Notes: generated from the letters alone by a model not told the origin. Shown: positions 21,332 to 31,008, numbered from the stretch's first letter. The stretch: 52,643 nt of DNA from an uncultured Candidatus Bathyarchaeia archaeon (GCA_964350175.1 CAYGJP010000001.1:3147-55789); one strand, 5' to 3'. Numbers and translations: made by a program.

Positions 21332-21339
21332 TCTGAAAG

Positions 21340-22176
21340 GTGACTGCGGGAGCCAAAAGAATGAGCGCTGAAGAATGTATCTTAGCAATCCAGAGTACTT
21401 TGAATGAAATCAAAAATGTTTGCCCACAGGTGGCTAACACTTTCATTTTTAAGCAGGACAAAAACGTCTTAGCCAAAGACAAAGAAACCGACGAAGCCAC
21501 CATAAACCGCGCCGTGGAAGCCTTCAGTGCGCTTAACAAACGAGGCAAAGCCGCGGGCGGTTTAGAGTCCGTTACCTTTGAGGGCACAGATAGCCGAGCT
21601 ACAGTCACTCGTGTAAACAATCTGTACTTAGCCACTGTAGCTTCAAGGGATGCAGACGAAAAAACCCTAAACGCTTTAACCCGCGTAATAGTTCCAACAG
21701 TTCTCAAACTTGTAGAACTCATTCAGCCAGAACTCACCAGCGTTCCGCCTGAGCTTCTGGAAGATGGGGCTGAAATAAATGAAAGGGTCAGAGAAATCGA
21801 GAGCAGAGAAACGGAATCATTCACCGTTGCGCAGTCCGAGCCAGATTTCACTTCTGAACTTTTGCTTCCTGACCCACTTGTAAGCCAACTAATTGTTGAG
21901 AACATAACAGGCATAAGCCGCATAATAGGCTCTCAGGACACCGTGCGAGTCGACACAGCCGTAATCGCCCGATGGGCAAACCTGTATGGGGACAGGGAAA
22001 TTCTGGAAGTTGAAGTGGAGGAAACTTGCACGGGACAAACTGTGCGCTGCAAATACAAGCCAATAAAAGACTCGCAATCTGACGGAAAAGGCGTAATTCA
22101 ACTGCCTGAAAAAGTGCAATCTGCCTTGCAGACTAAGAAGGGCGCCTTGGTTATGGTGAAACCCATAATCGAATAA
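21340..22176 (+). CDS. Roadblock/LC7-like N-terminal domain fused to a C-terminal AbrB/swapped-hairpin-like beta domain (tentative)
   Basis: The alpha-beta-alpha pattern 'VANTFIFKQDKNVLAK...LESVTFEGTDSRATVTRVNNLYLATVAS' is Roadblock-like. The C-terminus reads 'GKGVIQLPEKVQSALQTKKGALVMVKPI'. Confidence 0.5.
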   Translation: MTAGAKRMSAEECILAIQSTLNEIKNVCPQVANTFIFKQDKNVLAKDKETDEATINRAVEAFSALNKRGKAAGGLESVTFEGTDSRATVTRVNNLYLATVASRDADEKTLNALTRVIVPTVLKLVELIQPELTSVPPELLEDGAEINERVREIESRETESFTVAQSEPDFTSELLLPDPLVSQLIVENITGISRIIGSQDTVRVDTAVIARWANLYGDREILEVEVEETCTGQTVRCKYKPIKDSQSDGKGVIQLPEKVQSALQTKKGALVMVKPIIE

Positions 22177-22190
22177 CGAGGCGCACAGAC

Positions 22191-22586
22191 ATGACCAAAA
22201 AGAAGAGAAGCCTAAACGAAACCGCAACAACAGTGCTCATTGACGGCGAAACCGAAGAAAACCCCGACACCGCAGACCTGCGTGCAAGGCTTGAGGAAAT
22301 CCGCAGACTAGAAAGCGTTAAAGGCTACATTCTAAGAGACTCAACATCAGCAGTTATAGACTTTGAAGACCCAGCGAAGATGGCAGAATATGCGATGTTG
22401 TCTTCGCAAGCTTTTGAGTCATCAGAAGAACTTGGGGAACTTTTCAAGTTAGGCGACATAGAAAACATGCTGATAGAATTTGCTGACATCAATGTGCTCT
22501 GTGTGGCAATTGGCGAAGTCATGGTTAGCGTATTCATGGACAAAGATGCTGACCCCGCTGAAGTTCTGGCTAAACTTGAATCTTAA
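22191..22586 (+). CDS. Roadblock/LC7 (MglB-like) domain protein (tentative)
   Basis: 'VKGYILRDSTSAVIDF...IENMLIEFADINVLCVAIGEVMVSVFMDK'. Confidence 0.55.
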   Translation: MTKKKRSLNETATTVLIDGETEENPDTADLRARLEEIRRLESVKGYILRDSTSAVIDFEDPAKMAEYAMLSSQAFESSEELGELFKLGDIENMLIEFADINVLCVAIGEVMVSVFMDKDADPAEVLAKLES

Positions 22587-22944
22587 GCATTTTGGAAGCA
22601 TCTTAAACTCGTTCACGGCATACATGCATGCGCTTTTGGTTCAGCATAAACTTTATATTTAAAATTCTTTCCCCTACTTGCTCTAGAGGGTTAATTGTAA
22701 TGACCGCGCCGTTCGCAGCCAACAAATACGCAAACAACACTAATGGGTCCATTTGTGGATCTGGACGCGGACATGGAGCCGGCAGAAGCTAAACAGTTAA
22801 CCTCGTTGTCCGTGTCGTTTTGGTTTTCTGGTTGCTGTTTGGTTTTGGATGTGGAAAGATGGGTGTGAAAACAATGGAGACAACACAGATTCAGCGTTTC
22901 ATTACTCGTAACCCTAATCTGAGCGATAATGGAGAAATGTAAAC

Positions 22945-24024
22945 ATGCACAAAAAACTCTTAATCCCTGGACCAACCGAAGTAAGTCAGGACATACTCCG
23001 TGAACAAACTCGCCCACTACTGGGGCACCGAAGCAAAGAATTCACCGAATTCTACACTGGGGTAACCGCAAAACTGACCAAATTCTTCGAATTGCCCGCC
23101 GACTATAAGCCAACTACTACAACGTCTTCAGGCACCTTGTGGTTTGACATCGTCGGCAGGAGCATCGTGAAAAAGAAGGCGCTCTGCTGCATTAACGGTG
23201 CATTCTCTCAGCGGTTCGGCGAAATCGTTCGTGCCTGCGGCAAACCCGCAGACTGGATAGAGGTTGAGTGGGGCAAAGTTGCCAAACCCGACGCTATAGC
23301 CGAGAAACTATCAACGGGTGAATATGACACTTTAACCATGTGCCACAACGAGTCCTCAACTGGTGCAAGAAGTCCTGTGGCTGAAGTTGGAAAACTCGTA
23401 CGCAAAGAATTTCCAGACGTTATCTTCGCAGTTGACAGCGTTTCCTCTATGGCTGGCGACAAGACACTGCCGCATGAAATGAATGTTGACATACTCTTCG
23501 CTTCCACTCAGAAATGCTTCGCGCTTCCACCTGGTTTAGCCGTTGCCATGGTTAATGACCGTGCGTTGGAAAGAGCTAAAGAAGTGCCTGACCGAGGCGG
23601 ATACACCGATATGGTGGAGATTTTCGACTTCGAGAAAAAGCACCAGACACCTTACACTCCGAACGTTTCACTGCTTTACGCACTGGATAAACGCTTAGAC
23701 CTTTTGCTTGCAGAAACTTACGACAAAGTCTATCAACGCCACAAAGACATGGCAGAGCTCACCCAGCGTTGGGCAACGAAGCACTTCGAGATGTTCCCTG
23801 AGAAAGGCTATGAATCCCTAACGGTGTCATGTATCAAAAACACTCTGGGCAAGAATGTGAAGGAGCTGAACCAGAAGCTTGCCGAACGCGGCTTAGAAAT
23901 AAGCAACGGTTACGGCGCATTAGCTGAGAAAACTTTCCGCATTGGCCACATGGGCGAATGGACAGTAGCAGGAATCAAGGGCGCTCTCGATGCAATCGAT
24001 GAGATTTGGGGTCTCGAAAAGTGA
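22945..24024 (+). CDS. class V aminotransferase (serine-pyruvate / archaeal phosphoserine aminotransferase type)
   Basis: 'LLIPGPTEV', 'HRSKEF' and 'FASTQKCFALPPGL' (PLP lysine context). Confidence 0.85.
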   Translation: MHKKLLIPGPTEVSQDILREQTRPLLGHRSKEFTEFYTGVTAKLTKFFELPADYKPTTTTSSGTLWFDIVGRSIVKKKALCCINGAFSQRFGEIVRACGKPADWIEVEWGKVAKPDAIAEKLSTGEYDTLTMCHNESSTGARSPVAEVGKLVRKEFPDVIFAVDSVSSMAGDKTLPHEMNVDILFASTQKCFALPPGLAVAMVNDRALERAKEVPDRGGYTDMVEIFDFEKKHQTPYTPNVSLLYALDKRLDLLLAETYDKVYQRHKDMAELTQRWATKHFEMFPEKGYESLTVSCIKNTLGKNVKELNQKLAERGLEISNGYGALAEKTFRIGHMGEWTVAGIKGALDAIDEIWGLEK

Positions 24025-24923
24025 CCTATAAGGTCTTAATCAGTGACAAAATATTCGACGAAGGCATAAAACTACTAGAAGAAAAAGGCTACCAGATAAC
24101 AAAAGCTTGGGACATCCCCAAAGCTGAGCTTCCCCAAATCATAGGCGAATACGACGCACTCATCGTGCGCTCCGCAACCAAAGTCAAAGGCGAACTGCTC
24201 CAAAACGCCAAAAACCTCAAAGTAATTGGACGCGCAGGTGAAGGCTTAGACAACGTTGACGTGGAAAAAGCGCGGGCAATGGGCATAGCCGTCGTGAACA
24301 CGCCCCATGTTTCTTACATGAGCGTTGCAGAATTAGCCATCGGGCACCTTTTAGCTATGGCAAGAGGCATCGTGGAAGGCACACAGACGCTTCGAGAAGG
24401 CAAATGGGTAAAAGAGGAACTCATAGGCGTAGAAGTCAACGGCAAAACCCTTGGCTTAATTGGCTGCGGATACATCGGCAAAACCGTGGAGCGTCTCGCC
24501 ATCTCCTTGGGCATGAAGGTTCTTGTTGTAGAAGAATGTGCGTACGACCGCTTCATTCCTATAGATGAAATGCTGCCCGAAGCCGACTTCATAACCATAC
24601 ACGTTCCGCTTACCCCTCACACGCGGCACATGGTATCCACAAAAGAATTCAATAAGATGAAAAACGGCGTCATGATTATTGACTGCAGCAGAGGCGGCGT
24701 AGTTGACCAAGAAGCCCTATACCAAGCGCTCATGTCAGGCAAAGTGAAAGCAGCAGCAGTAGACGTTTTCGAAGAGGAACCCCCCAAAAACAGCAAACTC
24801 CTCACACTCAAAAACGTCATAGCCACTCCGCACATTGGCGCCCAGACTCAGGAAGCCCAGTTAAAAGCAAGCATACTAATAGCCAAAAAAGTAGTTGAAA
24901 CGTTAGAGAAACCTGCGAGCTGA
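24006..24923 (+). CDS. serA: D-3-phosphoglycerate dehydrogenase-type 2-hydroxyacid dehydrogenase (short form)
   Basis: 'GLIGCGYIGKTV' NAD motif and 'ATPHIGAQT' catalytic His. It overlaps the upstream gene by 19 nt. Confidence 0.85.
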   Translation: MGSRKVTYKVLISDKIFDEGIKLLEEKGYQITKAWDIPKAELPQIIGEYDALIVRSATKVKGELLQNAKNLKVIGRAGEGLDNVDVEKARAMGIAVVNTPHVSYMSVAELAIGHLLAMARGIVEGTQTLREGKWVKEELIGVEVNGKTLGLIGCGYIGKTVERLAISLGMKVLVVEECAYDRFIPIDEMLPEADFITIHVPLTPHTRHMVSTKEFNKMKNGVMIIDCSRGGVVDQEALYQALMSGKVKAAAVDVFEEEPPKNSKLLTLKNVIATPHIGAQTQEAQLKASILIAKKVVETLEKPAS

Positions 24924-24928
24924 ACCAT

Positions 24929-26209
24929 GTGGTAGACATCAGACCCTTCAAAGCCATAAGGTACACCGAGAAAGCTGGCAACCTAAAGAATTTGATAACC
25001 CAGCCCTACGACAAAATAGACCAAGACATGCAACGCGAATACTACGAGAAGTCACCATACAACTATTGCCGCTTAATTTTGCCCATGGAGGAGAACAGGT
25101 ACGCGGCAGTGCACCAACGCATCTACGAATGGCTAAGCGAACATGTCCTATCCAAAGACGATGCCCCATCCGTTTTTGTTTGCTGCCAAGAGTTCAAGCT
25201 CAACGGCAGAAACTGCACCCGCAAAGGACTAATCGCAGCTTTACGTCTGCACTCTTACGGCGAGGGCATAGTTTTTCCCCACGAAACCACGTATGCAGCT
25301 CCAAAAGCTGACCGCTTGAACATACTGCGAACCATCCAGAAAGACCTTGAACCTGTCTTCTTAATCTACTCTGACCCCGAAAACGTCACCGAGAACCTCT
25401 TCGCCGAAATCGCCAAAACACCGCCGACTATAGATGTGGAAGACCAGTTCCGTATCCGGAACAAAGTTTGGCGAATAACTGACCCAAAAAAAATAGCCAT
25501 ACTGCAGAAAGCCATAGAAAACAAAACAATGGTCATCACAGATGGGCATCACCGATACGAAAGCGCCATAGCCTACAGGGACGAACAGCGCACTCAAGAA
25601 GAGTGGACTGAGGACTCAGCGTTTAATTTTCACATGAGCTACATGGTCCCCGTCCAAGATGCGGGGCTTGTCATTTTGCCTGCTCATAGGCTTCTGCGAA
25701 AATTCGAGTTAACCAGCGAAACCTTAGAGGCACTCAAAAACTACTTTGTAATCTCTGAACTCACACCCAAAGTCGAAGCCATAGAACAATTCCTTACCGC
25801 TCACAAAAATGAGCATGCTTTCTGCGTGTACAACGGAACCAAAGCCTACGGCTTACTGCTAAAGGACGAGGAAAAAATAATCCAACTAGCCAACCACAAC
25901 AGCAACTCACGAGAAGTGCGCCTCCTAGACGTCGTCATTTTACGTGATGTGATTTTTAAGGCTATGATGAAAACGGGCGAACTCAAAATTGACGAAGACA
26001 TACTATACGAACGGTCAGCCAGAGTTGCCCTGGAAAAAGTTGACTTCGGCGAAGCCAAATTGGCGTTTCTAGTTAACCCCATTAGCCCCGAAGTTATTTG
26101 GCGGATTGCACAAAAACTTGAGAGGCTACCTGAGAAATCCACAGACTTCTACCCAAAGCCTGTTTCAGGTCTGGTTATGATGGATATTTCACGCGGCGAA
26201 AAACTTTAG
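24929..26209 (+). CDS. DUF1015 family protein
   Basis: 'VDIRPFKAIRY', 'PYDKI', 'FPHETTYAAPKADRLNILR' and 'ITDGHHRYESAIAYR', recognised from memory of the family. GTG start 6 nt after serA. Confidence 0.75.
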   Translation: MVDIRPFKAIRYTEKAGNLKNLITQPYDKIDQDMQREYYEKSPYNYCRLILPMEENRYAAVHQRIYEWLSEHVLSKDDAPSVFVCCQEFKLNGRNCTRKGLIAALRLHSYGEGIVFPHETTYAAPKADRLNILRTIQKDLEPVFLIYSDPENVTENLFAEIAKTPPTIDVEDQFRIRNKVWRITDPKKIAILQKAIENKTMVITDGHHRYESAIAYRDEQRTQEEWTEDSAFNFHMSYMVPVQDAGLVILPAHRLLRKFELTSETLEALKNYFVISELTPKVEAIEQFLTAHKNEHAFCVYNGTKAYGLLLKDEEKIIQLANHNSNSREVRLLDVVILRDVIFKAMMKTGELKIDEDILYERSARVALEKVDFGEAKLAFLVNPISPEVIWRIAQKLERLPEKSTDFYPKPVSGLVMMDISRGEKL

Positions 26210-26258
26210 CCGCGCTCAAAACTTTTTATCTGCACCCAGTTTTTGCGGTTGTTGTTTA

Positions 26259-26402
26259 CTATTTTATGAATTTAGTTGCGTGCCGCTTGAATCTTTTCTT
26301 GCATTGCAAACTGCAAAAATGGTAAGTTTCACCTTGGTAAGTGATTTTGAACTTAGCCGTGTTTTCATCCAACATCATGCCGCAAACTGGGTCTCGAAAC
26401 AT
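26259..26402 (-). CDS. YHS/TRASH-type small metal-binding protein (47 aa, below track cutoff)
   Basis: Manual translation gives MFRDPVCGMMLDENTAKFKITYQGETYHFCSLQCKKRFKRHATKFIK*. It shows the 'DPVCGM...Y.FCS..C...F' signature, with GAGGT upstream. Confidence 0.6.
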   Translation of the reverse strand: MFRDPVCGMMLDENTAKFKITYQGETYHFCSLQCKKRFKRHATKFIK

Positions 26403-26458
26403 TTTCTTGGTTCTTACCTCAAAGGAAAATGGGGTTTCAGCCTATTATGGTTAATGGT

Positions 26459-27700
26459 TTAATAAAAGCTCACAATAGGCGAATCTGGATTTTTTTGCGA
26501 GGCAATTTCTTCTATCTTTGTTTTCGTCAGCGCTTTGATGTTGTTGAAGTTTGACATTTCGCCGTAGCTTACCAATGTGATGGCGGTGCCGTCGTCTCCT
26601 TTTCTTGCCGTTCTGCCGATTCGGTGGAAATACACTAGTGGATCAGCTGGAACATCATAGTTGACTATGTGCGTGATGCCTTGGATGTCTAAGCCTCTGG
26701 CTGCGACGTCAGTGGCGATGAGTAAGTTTAGTCTTCCACATCGGAAATCGGTGATTGCACGGTCTCTTTGGGACTGTGTGAAGCCTGCGTGTAGTGCTTG
26801 AACTCGGTATCCTTTCCTTTCCAGTTGATCTGCAAGCCTGCTGGTATCTCTGCGTGTCCGGCAGAACACTATGGCTTTGTCCACGTGGTCGCTATGCAAG
26901 ATTTTGCAGAGAGCCTCAAACTTGCCGTTCTGGTTTACAACGGTGTACAGCTGCTTCATCTGAGTTAGAGCGATTTCGTCTTTGCTCACCAGAATCTTCA
27001 CTGGGTTCTTCATGTACCTGTTGGCGACGCTCATCACTTTCTTGTCGATGGTTGCACTAAAGAGGCTAGTCTGCCTATCTGTTGGCACCTTGCGAAGTAT
27101 GAATTCTATGTCGTCGATGAATCCCATGTCCAACATGCGGTCAGCTTCATCAAGAACAACCACCTTAACAGCGGCCAAATTCAAGATGCGTCTTTCCAGC
27201 AGGTCAATTACGCGTCCTGGCGTACCCACAACAATCTGGGCGCCATTTTGCAGTTCACGAATTTGCCTCTCAATTGAAGTTCCACCATAAACTGGCAAAA
27301 CCCTCAACTTCCGATACTTCGAAAATTGACTAAGGTTATTTGCCACCTGCACGGCGAGTTCGCGTGTTGGGCACAAAATTAAACCTTGAACTTTCTTGAC
27401 CTGTGGGTCAAGGCGTTCCACCATGGGGACGCCGAACGCGGCGGTTTTGCCGGTTCCAGTTTGGGCTTGTCCGATGACGTCTTTGCCTTCCAGCAGCGGC
27501 GAAATGGCCTGCGCTTGGATGGGGAAGATGGTTTTAAAACCAAGTTCTTCTATGCTTTTTTGGACCTCCATACTCAATGGTAGGTCTTTGAATGACTCTA
27601 TTTGTAACGTATTTTTTTTCCTGCCACAACTTGTTTTCATGCATCTTTTCAAAAGCTTGTGGAGCTTAGATTTGTTACATGAGTTAATGTGACGTACCAT
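26459..27700 (-). CDS. DEAD-box ATP-dependent RNA helicase
   Basis: Q-motif 'FKTIFPIQAQAI', then 'AQTGTGKT', 'PTRELA', 'VLDEADRML', 'SAT' and 'HRIGRTAR'. The real start is likely the internal Met (MKTSCGR, ~27640). Confidence 0.9.
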   Translation of the reverse strand: MVRHINSCNKSKLHKLLKRCMKTSCGRKKNTLQIESFKDLPLSMEVQKSIEELGFKTIFPIQAQAISPLLEGKDVIGQAQTGTGKTAAFGVPMVERLDPQVKKVQGLILCPTRELAVQVANNLSQFSKYRKLRVLPVYGGTSIERQIRELQNGAQIVVGTPGRVIDLLERRILNLAAVKVVVLDEADRMLDMGFIDDIEFILRKVPTDRQTSLFSATIDKKVMSVANRYMKNPVKILVSKDEIALTQMKQLYTVVNQNGKFEALCKILHSDHVDKAIVFCRTRRDTSRLADQLERKGYRVQALHAGFTQSQRDRAITDFRCGRLNLLIATDVAARGLDIQGITHIVNYDVPADPLVYFHRIGRTARKGDDGTAITLVSYGEMSNFNNIKALTKTKIEEIASQKNPDSPIVSFY

Positions 27701-27705
27701 TCAAC

Positions 27706-28122
27706 ATGTGGAGGTATATAAAAAGGTTTAGCACGTCGCAAGAGATACAGTCCATTTTGGGGGTTGTTTTTGTTGTTTTTGTGGTTGTTTGTTGTGGTTT
27801 TTGTTGGGTGTGGTTTGTGTTTTTGATATATTTTTGGTTTGGGAGTATTGGTTTTTATGTGGTTTGGTGTTTTGTTTCTTGGAGAAGGTTGGTTAGTGTG
27901 GAGACTTCGGTTGCGGTTTTGATTTTGGTGGTTTCTGCGGTTGTTATTTCGTGTGTGGTTGTGGATTATGCGGTGAGTATTGTGGAGGCGACGTTGAATA
28001 CGAGGGATATTCCTCAGTTGGTGCGGTTGCGTGAGATGCAGGGTGCGTTTTTGAATGAGACGGATGGGTTGTTTAATTCGACTTTGCCTGCTCCTTTGGA
28101 GTTTCCTGTTCCTGCTCCGTAG
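27706..28122 (+). CDS. doubtful ORF; if real, a small membrane protein with a pilin/FlaG-like hydrophobic helix (possible GTG start ~27898)
   Basis: The N-terminal half is translated from the low-complexity tract. The C-terminal part 'VETSVAVLILVVSAVVISCVVVDYAVSIVEATL' looks protein-like. The ORF overlaps the convergent gene by 50 nt. Confidence 0.25.
   Translation: MWRYIKRFSTSQEIQSILGVVFVVFVVVCCGFCWVWFVFLIYFWFGSIGFYVVWCFVSWRRLVSVETSVAVLILVVSAVVISCVVVDYAVSIVEATLNTRDIPQLVRLREMQGAFLNETDGLFNSTLPAPLEFPVPAP
27757..27882. repeat. G/T-only low-complexity tract (degenerate GTTGTTTTT-like units)
   Basis: Read directly: 'gggggttgtttttgttgtttttgtggttgtttgttgtggtttttgttgggtgtggtttgtgttttt...'. There is almost no A or C on the + strand. 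Confidence 0.6.
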
Positions 28123-29569
28123 TTTTTTGGTTGTGCCAGTGTAGGTAGGTTTTTGGTTGGGCTTTGAAGCTTAGGCGTTTGAGGGTTGCTGCGAGTTGGG
28201 TTGGGTTTAGGCTGAGTAGTTTTTCTGTGTATTCTTGGTGGGTTGGGTAGAGGTTTTTTGTGTTTGCGAGTTGTTTGCGGGTTGCTGGGTTCTTTTTTGA
28301 CAGGTTTGTTAGGATGTCTGTGGCTGCTTTGTGGGTGGCTGGGTTGTTTAGTTGTTGGGTGTAGGTGTTGCTTGAGAGGAGCGCTGGGTCAAAGCCCATT
28401 TTGGCGAGGTCGTTTAGGGCGTTTGTGATGGGTTTGTGCGGTTGGCTTGTTTTGATGTTTTGCATGCCTGCTTTTTCGAAGAACGGGTTGTATTTTGCCA
28501 TGACGGCTACGGTTTCGACGTGTGGAGTGCCGCAGAGGTTGAGGGTTTCTTGGACGAGTTTTTCGCCCAGTCCAATGCTTCGGTACTTCGGATGCACCAC
28601 CACGCGGCTAATCAGGCTAACGTCCTTTTGCAGCTCGCGCAGTGTGCCTTTGTAGACTTGTCTTCGCCCAAAACAGAAGGGTGTTGGGTAGCTATAGACT
28701 ATTACGCCTATGGTTTGGTGTTTGCGTGTGAGTTTGAAGATTTTTCTGGGTGCTGGGCAGCGTGCGGTGCGGTAGTGGAATTGGCTAAGAGCCTTGTAGT
28801 CTTGGTATGTGCCTTGTTCGGTTTTGGTTTGTTTGGTTAGGCTGCACTGTTCTGCTTTGGCTTTTGGGTGGTATTTGATGGTGATTTCTTTGCCGAATCG
28901 TTTGTGGATGTGCACGTTAGGCGATAGGTCTTGGAGTAGGTCGTTGTGTGTTGTTGCGGCTATGACGGCTTTGCCCTGTTTTCTGGCTAGTTTTTGGAGG
29001 TTGTAGGCGACGATTTTGGCTGTGTCCCTATCCAGCGTGCTGGTGAATTCGTCAAGGAGCCACCATTGCGCTGCTGATTCGGCTAGGCGGGCGATTTGGT
29101 ATCGGTGTTTTTGCCCATCACTCAGCTCTTGGTATGTTCGCAGGAAGAGGAAGGCGTCGTTTAAGCCCACTTTGCTCAAGAGTTCTAGGGCTTGGGTTGT
29201 GTTTTGTCCGATGGTTTCGATTATGGGTCTGTTTGGGTCTATGTTGAGTGTTTTGGTGTCCTGCGCTTGAGTGGTTAGGTCTGTTTGGATGGCTTTGAGT
29301 AGTGCGCTTTTGCCTGAGCCGCTGTCGCCTGTGATGAGCACAATGTCGGTTGGTTTGATTCTGATTTCTGTGTTATCATAGAGTGTGAAGCGTTGGGTTT
29401 GGTCTGTGCCCAGTCCGAAGGCTTCTGCAACTTCGGTGGTGCGTTTTGTTTTTTGGGTGGGTGCGGTTTCGTAGCTGATGTTGAAGGTGAATGTTGCGGT
29501 TTTTTGGTTGTAGGTGCGTTTGAGTTTGGTTACGCGGAGATGCTCGTAGTATAGGTGTCTGCGGGTCAT
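28073..29569 (-). CDS. ABC-type ATPase fused to a GNAT acetyltransferase domain
   Basis: ABC motifs 'GDSGSGKS' (Walker A), 'LSDGQKHR' (signature), 'WWLLDEFTSTLD' (Walker B) and 'ATTHN' (H-loop). GNAT motif 'VVVHPKYRSIGLGEKLV'. I chose the in-frame ATG (MTRRHLYYEH) that forms an ATGA overlap with the TerL stop. Confidence 0.8.
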   Translation of the reverse strand: MTRRHLYYEHLRVTKLKRTYNQKTATFTFNISYETAPTQKTKRTTEVAEAFGLGTDQTQRFTLYDNTEIRIKPTDIVLITGDSGSGKSALLKAIQTDLTTQAQDTKTLNIDPNRPIIETIGQNTTQALELLSKVGLNDAFLFLRTYQELSDGQKHRYQIARLAESAAQWWLLDEFTSTLDRDTAKIVAYNLQKLARKQGKAVIAATTHNDLLQDLSPNVHIHKRFGKEITIKYHPKAKAEQCSLTKQTKTEQGTYQDYKALSQFHYRTARCPAPRKIFKLTRKHQTIGVIVYSYPTPFCFGRRQVYKGTLRELQKDVSLISRVVVHPKYRSIGLGEKLVQETLNLCGTPHVETVAVMAKYNPFFEKAGMQNIKTSQPHKPITNALNDLAKMGFDPALLSSNTYTQQLNNPATHKAATDILTNLSKKNPATRKQLANTKNLYPTHQEYTEKLLSLNPTQLAATLKRLSFKAQPKTYLHWHNQKTTEQEQETPKEQAKSN

Positions 29570-31008
29570 CGTGTGTCTCCTGTGGTTTTGTGGCTGAGGA
29601 GTCGTTGGCGGAGGTTTTGGAGTTTGGTTTTGCCCCTTTGTGCGGTTTTGGCGACTATCCAGAGGTTGGGTGTGGGTGGAGTTCTGGTGGAGTATGCTGC
29701 AAGCGCCAAAGCCCAAAAGCGGTCGTCATGCGTGCCCTGTGGGTGGTTGAATTTGGTTTTTCCGTCCTTGGTTAGCTCGTACTGTTCGAGGTTGAGTTCG
29801 GCGATGAGTTCGCCATCGTAAGGAATGTGCAGCTGCTTTTGGGTCATGGTTTGTTTGAGGTGCTGCGCCATCTCCTGCTTGGATTCCACGGTGAATTTGA
29901 CGCCCTGCGTGTTGGTTAAGCCTGCGTTCTGCATGTCTTCAACGATGTAGTCGCCTACGCCGCTTTGGTCGACGAGGATTTTGTGGATGGTTTGCCATCG
30001 GTCGTTTAGGGTTTTAACGTAGCCAATCACGCTTGCGTAGGGTGTGTTTAGGGCGAACTGTTTGATGTGGACAAGTTTGAGCTGTCCTTCTTCGGCTTTG
30101 ATTATGGCGAGCGCGCTGTGGTCTTGGTGTTTGCCCAAATCTAGCCCTGCGTAGAAGTCGCCTTTGACTGCTGTTTCAAAGTGTGTGCATTCCAGCGTGT
30201 GGTCGATGCAGGTGGTGATGAGCGTTTGGTTGAGCCATGCGGCTTCGTTTTCTGCCCATTCGGCTTGCATTTCGCGTCGCCATCTGGCGGGGTCGCCTTC
30301 GTATTCGCGTTTTTTCTGTTCTATCCATCGGGTTTTTACTGGTCCGTTTGGTTCTGTGGCTTGTTGCCATGTGATGTGGCTTTTGGCGAAATGCGTGTAG
30401 GCTTCTTGGGTGCAGATTTTGTAGAACACGCTGTTGGTTGTCCATGGGGTGCTGGAGGCGATGAATTTGCCGTTTGTGGTTGCGAGTGTGAAGCCTATGG
30501 CGTCGAACATTTCTTCGTCGTTTGGGATGAAGTTCATTTCGTCGCAGTAGACTATGCTAAGTGTGAAGCCTCTGAGGTTGTGGGGGTTGTTTGGGAAGGC
30601 TTGGATGGTGCTTTCGTTTTTTAGATGTACTTTTGTGCATTGGGCTTTGTAGAAGTAGCCTTTTGGGAGTCTGGTTATGTAGTAGTTGATTTTTGTTATG
30701 GGAATCATTGTTTGTCTCCAGCTTGGACCCACAATGGCGATTTGGGTTGCTGGTTTGGTTAGTGCTTGGTGAAGAAGGTAAGCGGTTATGAGTTGGGTTT
30801 TTCCGCTTTGGCGGCACCATCGAAGGGCGATGTTGTTGTTTTCTTCTAAAAGTTGTGCGGCTTGAGTTTGGTACGGCGTTAAGTTTAATTGAAGTTTTTG
30901 TATGCAGAATTCTTGGAAGTCGCTTGGGATTTCTTCGGTTTCAGTTTTCTGTTGTGCGAAAAGTTTTTTCTCAAGTTTGTTGGCTCTCTTTAGTATCTCC
31001 TGCTTCAT
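29566..31008 (-). CDS. terL: terminase large subunit (TerL)
   Basis: 'LTPYQTQAAQ', 'CRQSGKTQL' and 'IVYCDEMNF'. Nuclease motifs 'GLDLGKHQDHSALAI' and 'THDDRFWALALA'. Confidence 0.9.
   Translation of the reverse strand: MKQEILKRANKLEKKLFAQQKTETEEIPSDFQEFCIQKLQLNLTPYQTQAAQLLEENNNIALRWCRQSGKTQLITAYLLHQALTKPATQIAIVGPSWRQTMIPITKINYYITRLPKGYFYKAQCTKVHLKNESTIQAFPNNPHNLRGFTLSIVYCDEMNFIPNDEEMFDAIGFTLATTNGKFIASSTPWTTNSVFYKICTQEAYTHFAKSHITWQQATEPNGPVKTRWIEQKKREYEGDPARWRREMQAEWAENEAAWLNQTLITTCIDHTLECTHFETAVKGDFYAGLDLGKHQDHSALAIIKAEEGQLKLVHIKQFALNTPYASVIGYVKTLNDRWQTIHKILVDQSGVGDYIVEDMQNAGLTNTQGVKFTVESKQEMAQHLKQTMTQKQLHIPYDGELIAELNLEQYELTKDGKTKFNHPQGTHDDRFWALALAAYSTRTPPTPNLWIVAKTAQRGKTKLQNLRQRLLSHKTTGDTR

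Noticed and set aside
22600-22944. Two short + strand ORFs (30 aa and 27 aa), considered as a leader peptide or riboswitch in the 358-nt region upstream of the serine operon
   Set aside because: No Ser/Gly codon runs, no terminator/antiterminator pair and no conserved riboswitch core that I recognise. The 108-aa minus ORF here also looks spurious.
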